NCBI GenBank assembly: GCA_028534125.1 | Contig: CM052832.1 | Coordinates: forward strand, 9,798,001-9,862,000 | From: Lama glama | Lineage: Eukaryota | Direction of reading: 5' to 3' | Length of the DNA stretch: 64,000 bases | In this document: piece by piece, positions 12,401-24,228 of the stretch | Position numbering within the stretch: the first letter of the stretch is position 1 | Layout: every line of letters starts with the position of its first letter | Made by a program: the position numbers and the translations under genes | Notes under the pieces: model-generated | The model's input: only the letters and a program-made list of their open reading frames with translations | The model's database searches: none | Told to the model about the DNA's origin: nothing

Positions 12401-13156
12401 GACCCACATCGCTGTCCTGCGGAGGGAGCTGCTGCAGGAGGGTCCGGAGCCCAGGCCAACTAGGGGCTTGTTTGGTGTCCAGGCCTGGGGACCCCAAGCT
12501 CAGATTTTCAGGACACTGAGGAAACAAAAGGAGACAAGTGGAGCTAGATTTTTCCTTCCTTACATTTCATTCCTCACCTCTTCATTGCCACCTCTTTTTG
12601 AAACTGGAACAACACTTCCAAGCACCCCCCTCCATTTGGAGAAACCCCCTTCAGAATCACAAGGGGATCTTGTGATCCACTCCAGTATTTCTGGTTTGAT
12701 TGAGGCAGGTCGGGGGGGCACCCCCAAAACTGCTTCCCTTTCTATGCTTGAAATTACTCCCCTTCACTCCTTAGGGCAAAGCCTCTAGGTTCTGCTTTGA
12801 CAACACAGACCCCCTAGGAGAGTATTCATGTATTCTTATGAATAAGTTTAAAGAAGTTGAACACTTATGTCCTGAGAGGGCTGTTGAGGGATTCCTGCAA
12901 AGAGAATGGGCTGCAAGAAGCTGGGCACAAAGGCTAATAACTAACTCCCACTTGTTGCAAATGGGAGGAGATCCAAGGATGGAGGGGATGTTGGTCTCAG
13001 AGGGAAGGGCAGGACTCCTACCACCAGAGCAGAGTCCTCAGCGTCCTCCACTGGCATGTGGACTGGGTGGCTGTCTGAGTTGACTGGCGGTGGATTTGGC
13101 TCCAGAAGGGTAAGCCTTTCTCCTTGGTGGGGACAGCCAGAGTTCAGCAGCGACAT
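9464..13156 (-). CDS. PRICKLE4: Prickle-like protein 4 (PET + LIM domains, C-terminal CaaX-like CTIC); coding exons 13156-13022, 12515-12408, 11748-11611, 11295-11092, 10520-10316, 9837-9464
   Basis: The six exons join in frame (1164 nt, 387 aa): MSLLNSGCPHQ.., ..LLQQLPPQDSD|ERYCLALGEEELAELRLFCAQRRREALGQGVARL.., CREQLRPGEYGVFAARAGEQRCWHRACFACQAC..YCGRHHAELLRPRCPACDQ|LIFSRRCTQAEGRRWHENHFCCQDC.., ..RKHCTIC*. Confidence 0.92.
9690..10520. promoter_or_regulatory. Intragenic CpG island over PRICKLE4 last intron and flanking exons, including a (CCCTC)n tract at ~9995-10032
   Basis: Very high GC and CpG density by inspection. Confidence 0.6.
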
Positions 13157-15029
13157 TGGTGGCAAAGTCTGCACAGAAAACAACAAGATGCCTCCCATTT
13201 ATCTGGCCACTACAATGTGCTTAGCAGGCAAAGTGCTTTACAGGCATTATCTCCTTCAGTCTTCCCAACAACCATGTGAATTCGGTGGTATTCTTGTCCT
13301 CATTTTACAGATGGCCAAACTGAGGCTTGCTGAGCATAAAGGGTCTGCCCAAGGTCACACAGCTAGTAAATGGCAGAGCCAGATCTTGAGGCCAAGTCTT
13401 TCAGCTCCAGGGTTTCTGAAACTCAAACTCTGGGGTTTCCCAAGATTGGGATGGCAGAGACAGGAGGCCCATGGGGAAGGAGAGGGCATTCGGCCCTTCT
13501 GGTGAGCCTTTGGGCAGCCCTTGTTTCCCACCTCCCTGGCCGTAACTCCCACCGTTCCTCACTATGCTCTCAGCACCCAGTGAGCCTGCTTCCTCGCCTC
13601 TCCCCGCTCAGGCCCACTTTTCCTGTCGGTTGGGCCAGGTGAAAGGACCACGGCACCAGGAAGTCCTTCTTAGCCTCTCCAGCCCATACCAGCTCTCTTT
13701 TCCCTGAGCTCCAGAAGTAAGTAGAATGGATGTGCCAAGATTTAGCACCTAATGTTTCTCTTTGCTCCCTGTATCTCTCCCAGCTTCTCACCTGGTCTAT
13801 AAGCTCCTCAAGGACAGAGGAAACACTTGTGCTTCTACCTTCTATCTGTAGTGGCAACTTCATTAGATAATTCTAAGTGCATCTCTTCAGCCCTTCTCTG
13901 GGAAAGCTCTACTACGGCGACAGTATCTCAGGGGTGGGAGGTGACTACTGAAGTAGAAATGGGGTGGGCTCTGCCCTCAAGAAGCTCATAGACTACTGGG
14001 TAAGACAGAGATAAAACCAGGTAGGATGGGGCCAGGGCTCTGGGCAGAAATACACAGTACCCTAGGAAGAAAAATAACCAGAGCAAAATTTTCTAGAATG
14101 TTTACTCTGTGCCAGGGATCATTCCAACATGTTACAAAATATAATCCATCCTCACATTAATCCTATGAGGTAGTTTCTATTATCCCATTCTACGGTTGAA
14201 ACAAACAAAGGTTAATTAACTTCCCCAAGGTCGCATTAAAAGGCTAAGGGAAGCTTTAGAGGAGGAGGTTCCTTTTGAGAGCTGGGATGGATTCTGAGGG
14301 CAGCTGGGCACAGGAGGGCATCATCAAATCTGTGGCCTTTGTAAGACTCAGTTTTGGGGCTGGGAACAGAGTTTGGATAATAACAATTATATTGCTTCCC
14401 AGCCCCTAGTCCCCTTCCTGTGCCACCCATTCCTGCTTCCTGGCTCTACACCCATCTGATTCCTTCCTGTTCTGTCCCTCAGGTCAGGTCAGGTTTCCTG
14501 TGGAAGGTAACCAGGATGGGATGTTCACACTCAGGGCCAGGAGTAGCCACTTCCCCTAGCAGCAATGCCCCTGGGGCTCCAGGCAGCAAGAGGTGCTTGG
14601 GGGAGGGGGCGGGCACAGGAAGGGGAGCATCTGGGGCCCTAGAGGGGACTTGAGACCTCTCTTCCATGTTAGTTCTAGTTTGCATGAAATCGTTCCACAC
14701 AGAAACAAAACTCTGAAATTAGCCCTCACCCCTCACCCTTCATCCCGCCTGGGCAGCACAACTCCACCTCCACTTAGAACCAGAGCCCACCTTACTAACT
14801 GGCTAGATTCCTTCCAGAAGTCCCCTCCTTAGAAAGGGGACAGGTGCAACTGGGCTCAGGAGTTCTACGTTCCCAACCCACCCTTTCCCTGAAGGGCAGG
14901 GTCTAGGGATTGGGGAGGGGGTGGTGGGGAGTGGTGTAAAAGGATGGGAAAGTTTCCCGAGACAGTGAGAGGAAGAAGGGGTAAAATGTCTGGTCTGGCC
15001 AAGCCCCCTCTCGACAGAGCCCCAGTTTT

Positions 15030-16330
15030 TTCTTGGGCTTCGCGGGGCCCACCTCCGAGGCGGGTTGCGGTGTGGTTCCATCTGGCTGCTGGGAGTTTAG
15101 GGGAGGGGATGGGACTCCGCTGGGATCTCACCCTTGCTGCGCGCCGGTGTCCGGGCTGTTCTGTACAGACCCCGCCGTCGGGCCCCTCACCCAGTCTCCA
15201 CCCCGAGGCCTCGGCGCCAGCCTCTGCCCGCCCAGCCCTCCCTCTCCCACGCCCCCAGTGGGCCCTGCCCACCTCTCCAGGGCTGGGCTAGTAGAGCCGG
15301 ACGGCTCGGGGAGGGGCCTTGAGCTGCAGACTGAAGGAAAGCATTTGTAGGATATCGGGCAGAAAGTGTTCAGGCTCCACTGACCCCACGCCCATAGGCT
15401 TAGCGCCGAGACCGCGTCCCTGCGGGCGCGGAGCACACAACCGGAAGCCACCGTTAAGCCGGGTCCTCACGCACTAGCTGAACAGAACGCCTTTCGGAGC
15501 CCGCAGGTCCCTGCAGACCCTCCTTCTGGTCTCCTGGCCCCGCCTCTCTCTGTGTGTCCCCACCTCCATCTAGTTCCCTCCCCCTTGTCCCTCCCCTCTT
15601 TCTGGGGTCCCTCGTCCTGCCCTTCTCCCTTCCGTCTCTTCAGGCTTCCCTCCCCACCCATCTTTCGTGTGTCTGCCCACTGCCCCCGGCTCCGGTCTTT
15701 TTCTGATCCTGAAAGTAGAAATCTTTGGTCCCACCTCTGGTCCCCTCGGCCCTGCCCGAGTCCCGCCCTCGCCCCAGGCCCCGCCCCCGCCAGGCTCGCT
15801 CAGCCGCTGGCGCGGAGCGCCCTCTGGCGTCTGCGCATGCTCCCCGCTCCCTACTGCAAAGTCCTCCAAAGGGACTTTCTAGGCTGCGCGCCGGTCGCCC
15901 CCGATCGCGTCCGCCCGCCCGCAGCGTCTCGTTGGTGCTGCCGGTGACCTCCGACCCCGCGGCTCCGGGGAGGTGGAGGCGTTAGCTCCGGGCGGGCGGC
16001 GGTTGCTGCAGCGGGACCCGGGAGCGGGGCCCGGCGCCGCCCGGGCCGCGGGGCGATGTGAGTCGGGGCGCGGCGGGGCGGGGACGAGGCGGCTCCACCG
16101 AGGCCGCACCGCGCCGCGCCGCAGTCTCCGCTCCCTCCCAAGGAAGCCCCGGGCGGACGGGCGGTGGAGCCCCGGGGCTGGGGGCGGGGATCCAGGGACG
16201 ACGCATGGCCCCAACCTCCTCCATTCCTCCCCGGTATCGAAATTCCCCTGTCAACCCTGCTACCTAAATTTGCCTTTGACCCCCTAGAACCACCCCACCC
16301 CCACGCCTCGGACACACCTTCGCGTATCCT
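15030..16330. promoter_or_regulatory. CpG island; FRS3 promoter, probably shared divergently with PRICKLE4
   Basis: CpG dense; ETS ACCGGAAG ~15440, NRF1-like TGCGCATGC ~15832, GC boxes; head-to-head gene arrangement. Confidence 0.75.
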
Positions 16331-17781
16331 GGAGCCCTCAGAACCCCCTCACTCCTGCGAATTCCCCTGATAGGTCCACAGAACTACCATTCTCTCCTGG
16401 ATGCCCCCAAATTCTTCCACCGCCCTGAAATTACTGAGTCTTCATACCCCCTATTCTTGCACCATGCTCAAATCTAAAAAATTTGCCCAGGTCTCCCGGG
16501 TCTCTCTCATACATTTTTAGCCCCCAAAACCTCAAACTCCCCCCCCTAGTCCACACCAATCTCAGACCAGAGCCCCCTCCTCTGTCCCACCCGATGTAAC
16601 CTCCCTCATTGGGCTGTCATGGTATATCCTGGTATCTTAAAGAGAAGTGAAGGGGACAGGAAAATGTGGAATACCCTCCCCCATCTTGCACCCTTTAGTT
16701 CTTGGTTTCACCCCCAGACTCCCTGTTGGTGGCTCAAGCCCCAGTATTTACCTAGCTGCCTGTCTTTAGGCTCTGTACACCTTCCTTAGCCTGGTGCCCC
16801 CTTCCAGATAGTAAACCAGATCAAGAGGGTGGAGGTCTTTTTACCTGGAAAGTTGTCCAAGGATGCAGAACACAAAGGGCCCTGGGAGATGACATTGTTT
16901 TATCAGAGCAGGAGCATGGGATTTCAAGAATCTCCAGGGTCCTAGGTTATCGACTTCTCCATCTAGGACTCACATTACTGAAATTTTGGTTGATTGTTAG
17001 CATTTATGTTAAATTTTAGGCCTTTCAGAGCTTGGAGAACAGAGTATCTATCAAGCTTCCAAACGTGAGATTGAAGGAGGTTGTCCGCGAAGAGGAAAAT
17101 GTTGGTTTTAGTGATGTTCTACATATTTACTTCTAGAGGTTATTCCCCTTCAAAACTAAGACCTTGGGATGAGAGTTGGAGGTGGTGGTGGAGCGTGAAT
17201 TAGGCAGACTCTCCCATACTTAGTAGCAACAAAAAAGACTAGAATAATGGTTTCCTGAATTTTAAGCTAGCACCCTTTCCAATACATCACAGTGTCTTTT
17301 TGAGAAAGCTCTCTGTAGAATTCAAGTTCTGTGCAAAGGTAAGGTGGCGATCTTAGTATTAGTTGTAACAGGATTCAGATGGGGGCTAGAGGTGACCTAA
17401 AATGTCCTGGGCTGCCTCAGACTTCAAACTCACTGATGCTAGGGGAGTCTCTCCTCAGTCTGGTCGTGGAATTTATGTTCTCTTTGCCCTTGATCTGACT
17501 TTCTTCATTGGTGTTTCTATATTACTAGGACCTGGAATATCCAGGTGGGATGGACTGACAGCAAGTCAATTTCATTAGCAGTCGGGGGTGAGGATGGAAG
17601 GTTTCCACTAACCTGTGGTCTCTGTCTTCTATGCTAGGTGAGCCCCAGGTGTGTCCCAGGGAGATCCAGGTGACTTCTCTGCAGACTGCTTGCCATGATG
17701 CCCCACCAAGAACGGGGGGAATAAAGTGGGGGTCCTTCCCCATGCCCCTCCCATGGTCAGCTCCCCGATGGCCTGGGTGAG
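15900..17781 (+). other. FRS3: FRS3 5' non-coding exons (exon 1 ends 16057; exon 2 ~17638-17781)
   Basis: Donors GAT|gtgagt at 16057 and GAG|gtgaga at 17781; acceptor tcttctatgctag at ~17637. Transcription start is approximate. Confidence 0.6.
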
Positions 17782-18152
17782 GTGAGACCTGTGTATAGGA
17801 GCCACTTTTCTGGAGTTTCCCAATTTAGGAGGAATGGAAGGTACAGGTCAGGGTTGTTCAAGCTTTACACATTCAGTGGAAGTTTGAGAAGGACATCTAA
17901 TCATACCGATTCATTTCTTGCAGCAAATTGCAACTCTGTCACTTCTGGTCTGGATTGGTTCCTGCGCTTGCTTGCTCCCTTAGGTCACTGTAGCCTAGTG
18001 GTATCCTCTCTGTCCTAGGCACAGGCCCGACTCTTCTGACATCTAACCCGAGTGCCATAATCTAGGAAGGAAAAGCCAGATATTAAAGCTTCTGGTCTCC
18101 CCTTTAGACAAAAGGGAGAAAACTCAGTGGGGTTATCTGTTTGTTTGTTTCT

Positions 18153-18291
18153 TTTTTTTTTTAATTTGTTTTTTTAATGGGGGAGGGTAATTTTAGGTTT
18201 GTTTATTTTTTAAAACAGAGTTACGGGGAATTGAACCCAGGACCTTACGCATGTTAGGCTTGCACTCTACCACTGAGCTATACCCTCCCCC
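18153..18291 (-). mobile_element. tRNA-derived SINE, camelid Vic-1-like
   Basis: Reverse complement GGGGGAGGGTATAGCTCAGTGGTAGAG..GGTCCTGGGTTCAATTCCC followed by an A-rich tail; Pol III A and B boxes present. Confidence 0.8.
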
Positions 18292-18994
18292 AGCATTTTT
18301 TTTTTAATGGAAGAAATACCTTCTCAAGATGATAAAAATAGTGCTCTGTTTAAATGCTCAATCTTCTGAATGTATCTTTTGACCATAATGTAACATCTCA
18401 TTTGAAGAGAACATCAAAAAGATAAATTTGAGGTGGATGTTGGAATGGTGGTGAGGAAGGAAAAGAGAGGATTTAGATGATGTGGGAAGAGGTGGAAAAG
18501 GAGGAGCGAGGAGAGAAGTCCAGGCCAAAGTGTCTGGGACGCCCAACTTCCAGTTTCTTTGCTGAATCTGGATGAGGGCCCTCAGCTGGCACCCAACTTC
18601 TGATGCAAATCACTTCTGCATCCCTACTTTTATCCTGGCTTTTCCTGCTGCTCAGGCTGCCCTTCCCTATCATTACCTCAGGCAGGATCCTACATACTTC
18701 AAGGTCCAGATAAAATGCCTCTGAAAAGCTCTCTCCATCTCCCTCCCATTCACCCCCCCCCACTCCGGGTCAGCATTAATCCTTAACATGTCCTAACTTG
18801 AATTAATGTTTATCCCATGTGTGTCTGGCCCTGGATTGAGAGCGTGAATTCCTTAAAGGAGGGACTGTGAGTCTTAGATGATCACAGTGAGGTGGTTCTG
18901 CCCGAGTTCCCCAGAGCAGGGCTTTTTAGGCCTGACCTCGATGACCTTCTGTCCCTTGTGTTTTTCTCTAGGGTGGGCCAGCTGCTCTGACACC

Positions 18995-21900
18995 ATGGGG
19001 AGCTGCTGCAGCTGCCTGAACAGAGACAGTGTCCCAGACAACCACCCTACCAAGTTCAAGGTACCCATAGTCACCTCCTCTGCTTTGTTCCCAGCATGGC
19101 CTCCTGGGCTCGGCCAGAGCTGCCGAGTTGTCTCCGCCTCCCTAGAGAAGGTGGAGTGACGGGCTGAGGTTGTGGGCTCACTAAGACTTCTCAAGCTCAG
19201 GACCTCAGAGGAGGCCTGAGGAAAAGGGGCCCAGGCCACTGCCATTTTTGTGGATCCTGATGTTAACTCCAGTCTTGTTAAGTTCAGTCTTGACTGAAGA
19301 CATGCTGTACTAGAGTAGCAAAAATTGTGCTTTTAGGATGTTCACTCCTGTCAGTGTGTCTTTGTAACTTTATAGCCTTTTTGGAGAAAACGAAAGTCTG
19401 TGTTTGTGAATTAATATATGTCAAGTATTTAAAACAGTGCTTAACACATGGCAAGCACTATATTAGTGTTTGCTGTTTGCTTTGGGAAGCTAAGGCCAAG
19501 CGGGATGGACCTGCGCACCCTCTCCCCCGGCCCTTCCACCTCCCTGTAGGGGGCGCCCCCTCCTCACCTGGCATCTTGAGGCCCAGGTTTCTCCTGCTCA
19601 CCAGAAGAGGGAGCCCACAGCGAGGGCGTGCAATTGGTGGAGGCCTAGATATTTGTTCTGCCTTGGGCTAGACTTTCCCAGGTTTGGCCCAGAGAACTTG
19701 TTGTGGGTCAGCGGCACTGCTTCATCCGTGTCCCAGTAACCTTGTGGCATTCCCAGGGGCTCACGGACCCAGACACGCACTTGTTGGACTCACTCATTGA
19801 CCCTTCTGTCCCCTGCCCCGCCCCCCCAGGTGACGAATGTGGATGACGAGGGGGTGGAGCTGGGCTCCGGAGTGATGGAGCTGACACAGAGCGAGCTGGT
19901 GCTGCACTTGCACCGGCGCGAGGCTGTCCGCTGGCCTTACCTCTGCCTGCGGCGCTACGGCTACGACTCCAACCTCTTCTCTTTCGAGAGCGGCCGCCGG
20001 TGTCAGACAGGCCAGGGTGCGTACCAGCTCCTGCCCCGTGCTGGGATAGGGACTTGTGCACCTGGGACAGGTACTGGGACTGGAAGTCTGTTCACGTGGC
20101 CGGTGTTGCCCAGAGAAGGGAAGGGTCATGGCCAAGAGCACACGGAACTAAGTGGACTCCTAGGACAGTGCTGTTTCTCTTCAGTCACTGCAGCCCCAGC
20201 CTGAGTCAGCTTTGTCAAGATGCTAGCTGCACAGCCTGTGGGAAGGAGCCAGTGCTCCCAGGCCAGAGTCTGCCTGGGAAAACAAGAGATTCCTCCTTCC
20301 TCCCTCTGTTATTCTACTTTCAAGGGCCCCAGTTGCCCCCTAAGTAGGCACAGACTTTCTTCTGAGCCCCTAAGCCATGTACCCTGGACTCTGTGTGTAG
20401 TGAAAGGCCAGGCAGGGCTCTGGCTGCCTTTGGGCTGTGTGGCATGGGAATGATAGATTTGGGAAGACCAGGTTCTGGGTTCCTGGTGCACACAGTAACC
20501 CTCACGAGGTTAATCTTCATCTCCCATCACCTGTGGGCAGTGGACTGTGATGTGCTCTTTCTTCCCCCTCTTTCTCCCTGCAGCCAGAGGTCAGGGAGGG
20601 GTGGGTTGTTCCGTAAAGTCAAGGCTGGAGCCAGCCATGGCTCTTTGAGGGGGCAGCATGGTCTGGGCTTATCTTTGAGGTCCCAGACCTAAGCTCTGCA
20701 GAAGAAGTCCCGCACGGGATTGTGTTCACTGCAGTGTGGGCTTGTGACTGCGGTGATGTGATGAGAGCACTTCTCTGATGAGGCCGCGGACACAACAGTG
20801 CATCTCTGGGGTTGTGTTGGCTGGGGGAGCCTTCCCCGCTGTGCATCTAACCCTTGGAACTCATGAGGGAGCAGCAGTTAACACTGGCTGAGCAGAGAGA
20901 GGGGAGGAAGGGCCTTCCGTGCTCCCGGTGGTGTTTAATCCACACTGAGGATCCCAGGGAGCTCCCTAGGCCCCAGTACAGAGTTCTCCTAAAACTCCAG
21001 GCTTTCCCAGCCTTTTCTAAGCTCTTGGCATGTCTTGGTATGAGTTAGAATAGAATGAGGAAATAACAGTCCTTCTCTTCCTCTCCCTTTTATCCTTCCC
21101 ATCCCATTCCTGCAGACCTTATAGCTCAGCCTAGTTTATTTGTCTTGTTTAGATATATACACACATACATATTCCAAGTAGTCTCCCCCGAGTCCTGGGC
21201 CCCACTGTTACAGAGGGGTGCAGCATCCCAGGCTGGACCCAAAGGGCATCTTTGGATCCCCTGAGTCCTGAGTGCTCAGCCCAGTCCTGCTGTTCCGGGA
21301 CTATGAGTTGCTGCCTTGGAGTTTGAGAAGCTGTGAGGCTGGCTGCGTGGAGGAGCCGCATTTGTCCTCTAGCGAGTCGGCCCACACTTTCTTCCTTTCT
21401 GCACCAGAGTTCAAGCTCCTTGAGGTCAGGAGCCTATACACAGTAGACGGTTGCTCTCTGGCCAGGTGCTGGGCTAAGTACCTAGTGAACAGCAGTGAGC
21501 AAGCTTAGAGGCTGATGGGCGTAGAGCTGAGGGCTGGTGCCCTGGCGGAGCTCAGTTTTTCTGGGGAGTAAGGGATGGCAGTGAGAGGAAGAGGGGGACA
21601 GCATGTGAGGTGGAGTCGTCACCCATCTGACTGGACCTTAAGACGATAGTGATGAATAGTGTGTATTGGAGGCAGGGGCAGAGGCCTGGACCAGCTCCTC
21701 CCTTAGCTCTTGGATTTTGGAGGCTGCTGGGGAGAGTGCTCAGGATGAAGGCCTCTCTTGCCCCCTGCAGGCCTGGGACTGGAGTTCAGGGACATTTCCT
21801 GAGCTTCGTGTTCCTGTTCAGCCTCTCTGGTCCTTCTCTATAGGACACAGGATCATGGGAGCCTCATTTCTTCCTCTCCTTCAGGGATATTTGCATTCAA

Positions 21901-24228
21901 GTGCTCCCGGGCCGAGGAGATCTTCAACCTCCTCCAGGATCTGATGCAATGCAACAGCATCAATGTGATGGAAGAGCCGGTCATCATCACCCGCAACAGC
22001 CATCCTGCTGAGCTCGACCTCCCTCGGACCCCCCAGCCTCCCAACGGTGAGGAAACTCCCCTCTTCGGCACCCTTATACTCATGCACACACATGCACAAG
22101 CACAGGCCCAGGAAGCACCAGTCTTGGGGCATGAGTCAGGCAGGCAGGTCGGGGGATGGCTGGGTGAGCCAGGCTTCCAGGACCGTTGTCCATCATCAGA
22201 CAACTCCTGGGGTTGGATAAGTCCTGGCCTTGGCCAATCAGGTAACTCAAGCTGAGGCTGGAGAGTCCAGGGCCTTGTATTGACGGATGGTCGGGGAGCA
22301 GACAGGAAGACATTGGGTTTCCATGGAAACAGCAGTCTGGAGCTGTTTCTCTTTCTTCCTTCTGTCTACTGGGTCATACCCAGATACCTTTCCTGATGGC
22401 TGGTGCAGGCATCTCTGCCTGTGACCGTGTTCTGGAGAGGTTCCCACAATTTCTGCTCATTTGTTCACTGAACCCACACTGAACCCTTGCTCTGTGTCCT
22501 GCACGCCATCGGCTGTCTTGCGGGCAGAAGAAATAGAAACAAGGTCCTTGACTTGGAGGAGCTTCCCTGGAGCTCACTGGCAGAGCTGGAGTGAGGTGAA
22601 GGGACGGTGCAGTGCCAACACGGTGTGCCTGACGTGCTTCAGATAAGGTTATGATGGGGAAAGTGGGGTTCATGCTGACTTTGAGGGAAAGGGCAGGGTT
22701 TGAAGAACAGATACAAGGTGAAGATAATGGGGGACGGTCAGTTCAGCTGGGCTGACCCCCATGGGGGCCTTGGGAGTGTCTCTCGCCAACTTGGCAGAGT
22801 CCCAGGATGCCACACACACGGTAGCAGGTGGTTGCCAGGTGGTTTAAGGCCCCCTCATCGCCTGTGTGCCCAGCTCTAGGCTACACCGTCTCCAGCTTCT
22901 CCAATGGCTTCCCTGGCTGCCCAGGGGAGGGCCCACGATTCTCAGCGCCCCGGCGCCCCTCGACAAGCAGCCTGCGACACCCCTCGCTTGGGGAAGAGTC
23001 CACCCATGCCCTCATTGCCCCAGATGAGCAAGTGAGTGAGTGACTACCCCGCATCTTCCCATGGTCTGGGTGGGGAGCGGGGATCAGGAAATACTGCATC
23101 TCCTCCCAGCGAGGATCATGGGAGGGAAGAAGATGATAGGGTGCCTTCATGTCCCAGGAAAGGGGGGCAGCTTCCCTGGAAGGTTTGGGGGACAAAGAAG
23201 AGAGGGAAACGCCAGCTCTTTTTCCTGTACTTCTCTTCTCTCATCCTGTCCCCTCCGTTCTCTCCTTCCTCCCTGCCCTTGGACCCTTCTGCCCCTCGGA
23301 CTCTTCCCCGCAGTCCCACACCTACGTCAACACACCGGCCAGCGAGGATGAGCACCGCAGGAGCCGGCAGTGCCTGCAGCACCTGCCTGAGGGCCGGGCG
23401 CCCCTCGCCCCGCAGGCCCGGGGTCCTGACCAACGGGACCCACAGGTGTTCCTGCAGCCGGGCCAGGTGAAGTTTGTGTTGGGCCCCACCCCGGCTCGGC
23501 GGCACACAGTGAAGTGCCAAGGCCTCTGCCCCAGCCTGCATGACGCCCCCCAACACAACAATAACAACGAGGGCCCGTCCGAGTGCCCGGCCCAGCCCAA
23601 GTGCACCTATGAGAACGTCAGTGGGGGGCTGCGGCCCGGGGCTGGCTGGAGACTGAGCCCGGAGGACCCGGGCTGGAATGGCCTCGCCCACCGCCGGGCC
23701 GCCCTGCTGCACTACGAGAACCTGCCCTCGCTGCCGCCCGTGTGGGAGAACCAGGCCCAGCCGCTGGGGGAGGAGGCCGGGGATGATGGAGACTCACGGG
23801 ACGGGCTCACCCCCTCGTCCAATGGCTTCCCCGAAGGCGAGGAGGACGAGACCCCACTGCAGAAGCCCACCAGCACCCGGGCTGCCCTCCGCAGCCACGG
23901 CAGCTTCCCTGTGCCGCTGACCCGCCGCCGAGGCTCCCCGAGGGTCTTCAACTTTGATTTCCGCCGGCCTGGCCCTGAGCCCCCGAGGCAGCTCAACTAC
24001 ATCCAGGTGGAGCTGAAGGGCTGGGGTGGAGACCGCCCCAAGGGGTCCCAGAACCCCTCAGTCCCCCGAGCCCCTGTGCCCACCACCCACCCTACCCGCA
24101 GCTCAGACTCGTACGCCGTGATTGACCTCAAAAAGACCGTGGCCATGTCCAACCTGCAGAGGGCTCTGCCCCGGGACGACGGCACCGCCAGGAAAACCCG
24201 GCACAACAGCACCGACCTGCCTCTGTAG
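18995..24228 (+). CDS. FRS3: Fibroblast growth factor receptor substrate 3 (FRS2-beta); coding exons 18995-19060, 19830-20016, 21885-22046, 22874-23031, 23314-24228
   Basis: MGSCCSCLNRDSVPDNHPTKFK (N-myristoylation/palmitoylation motif), IRS-type PTB domain (VTNVDDEGVELGSG..WPYLCLRRYGYDSNLFSFESGRRCQTGQGIFAFKCSRAEEIF), pY motifs YVNT, YENV, YENL, YIQV, YAVI; 1488 nt in frame, 495 aa. Confidence 0.97.

Noticed and set aside
9464..13156. PRICKLE4 as a pseudogene, suggested by the fragmented ORF track
   Set aside because: Manual splicing of six exons gives an uninterrupted frame ending in CTIC*.
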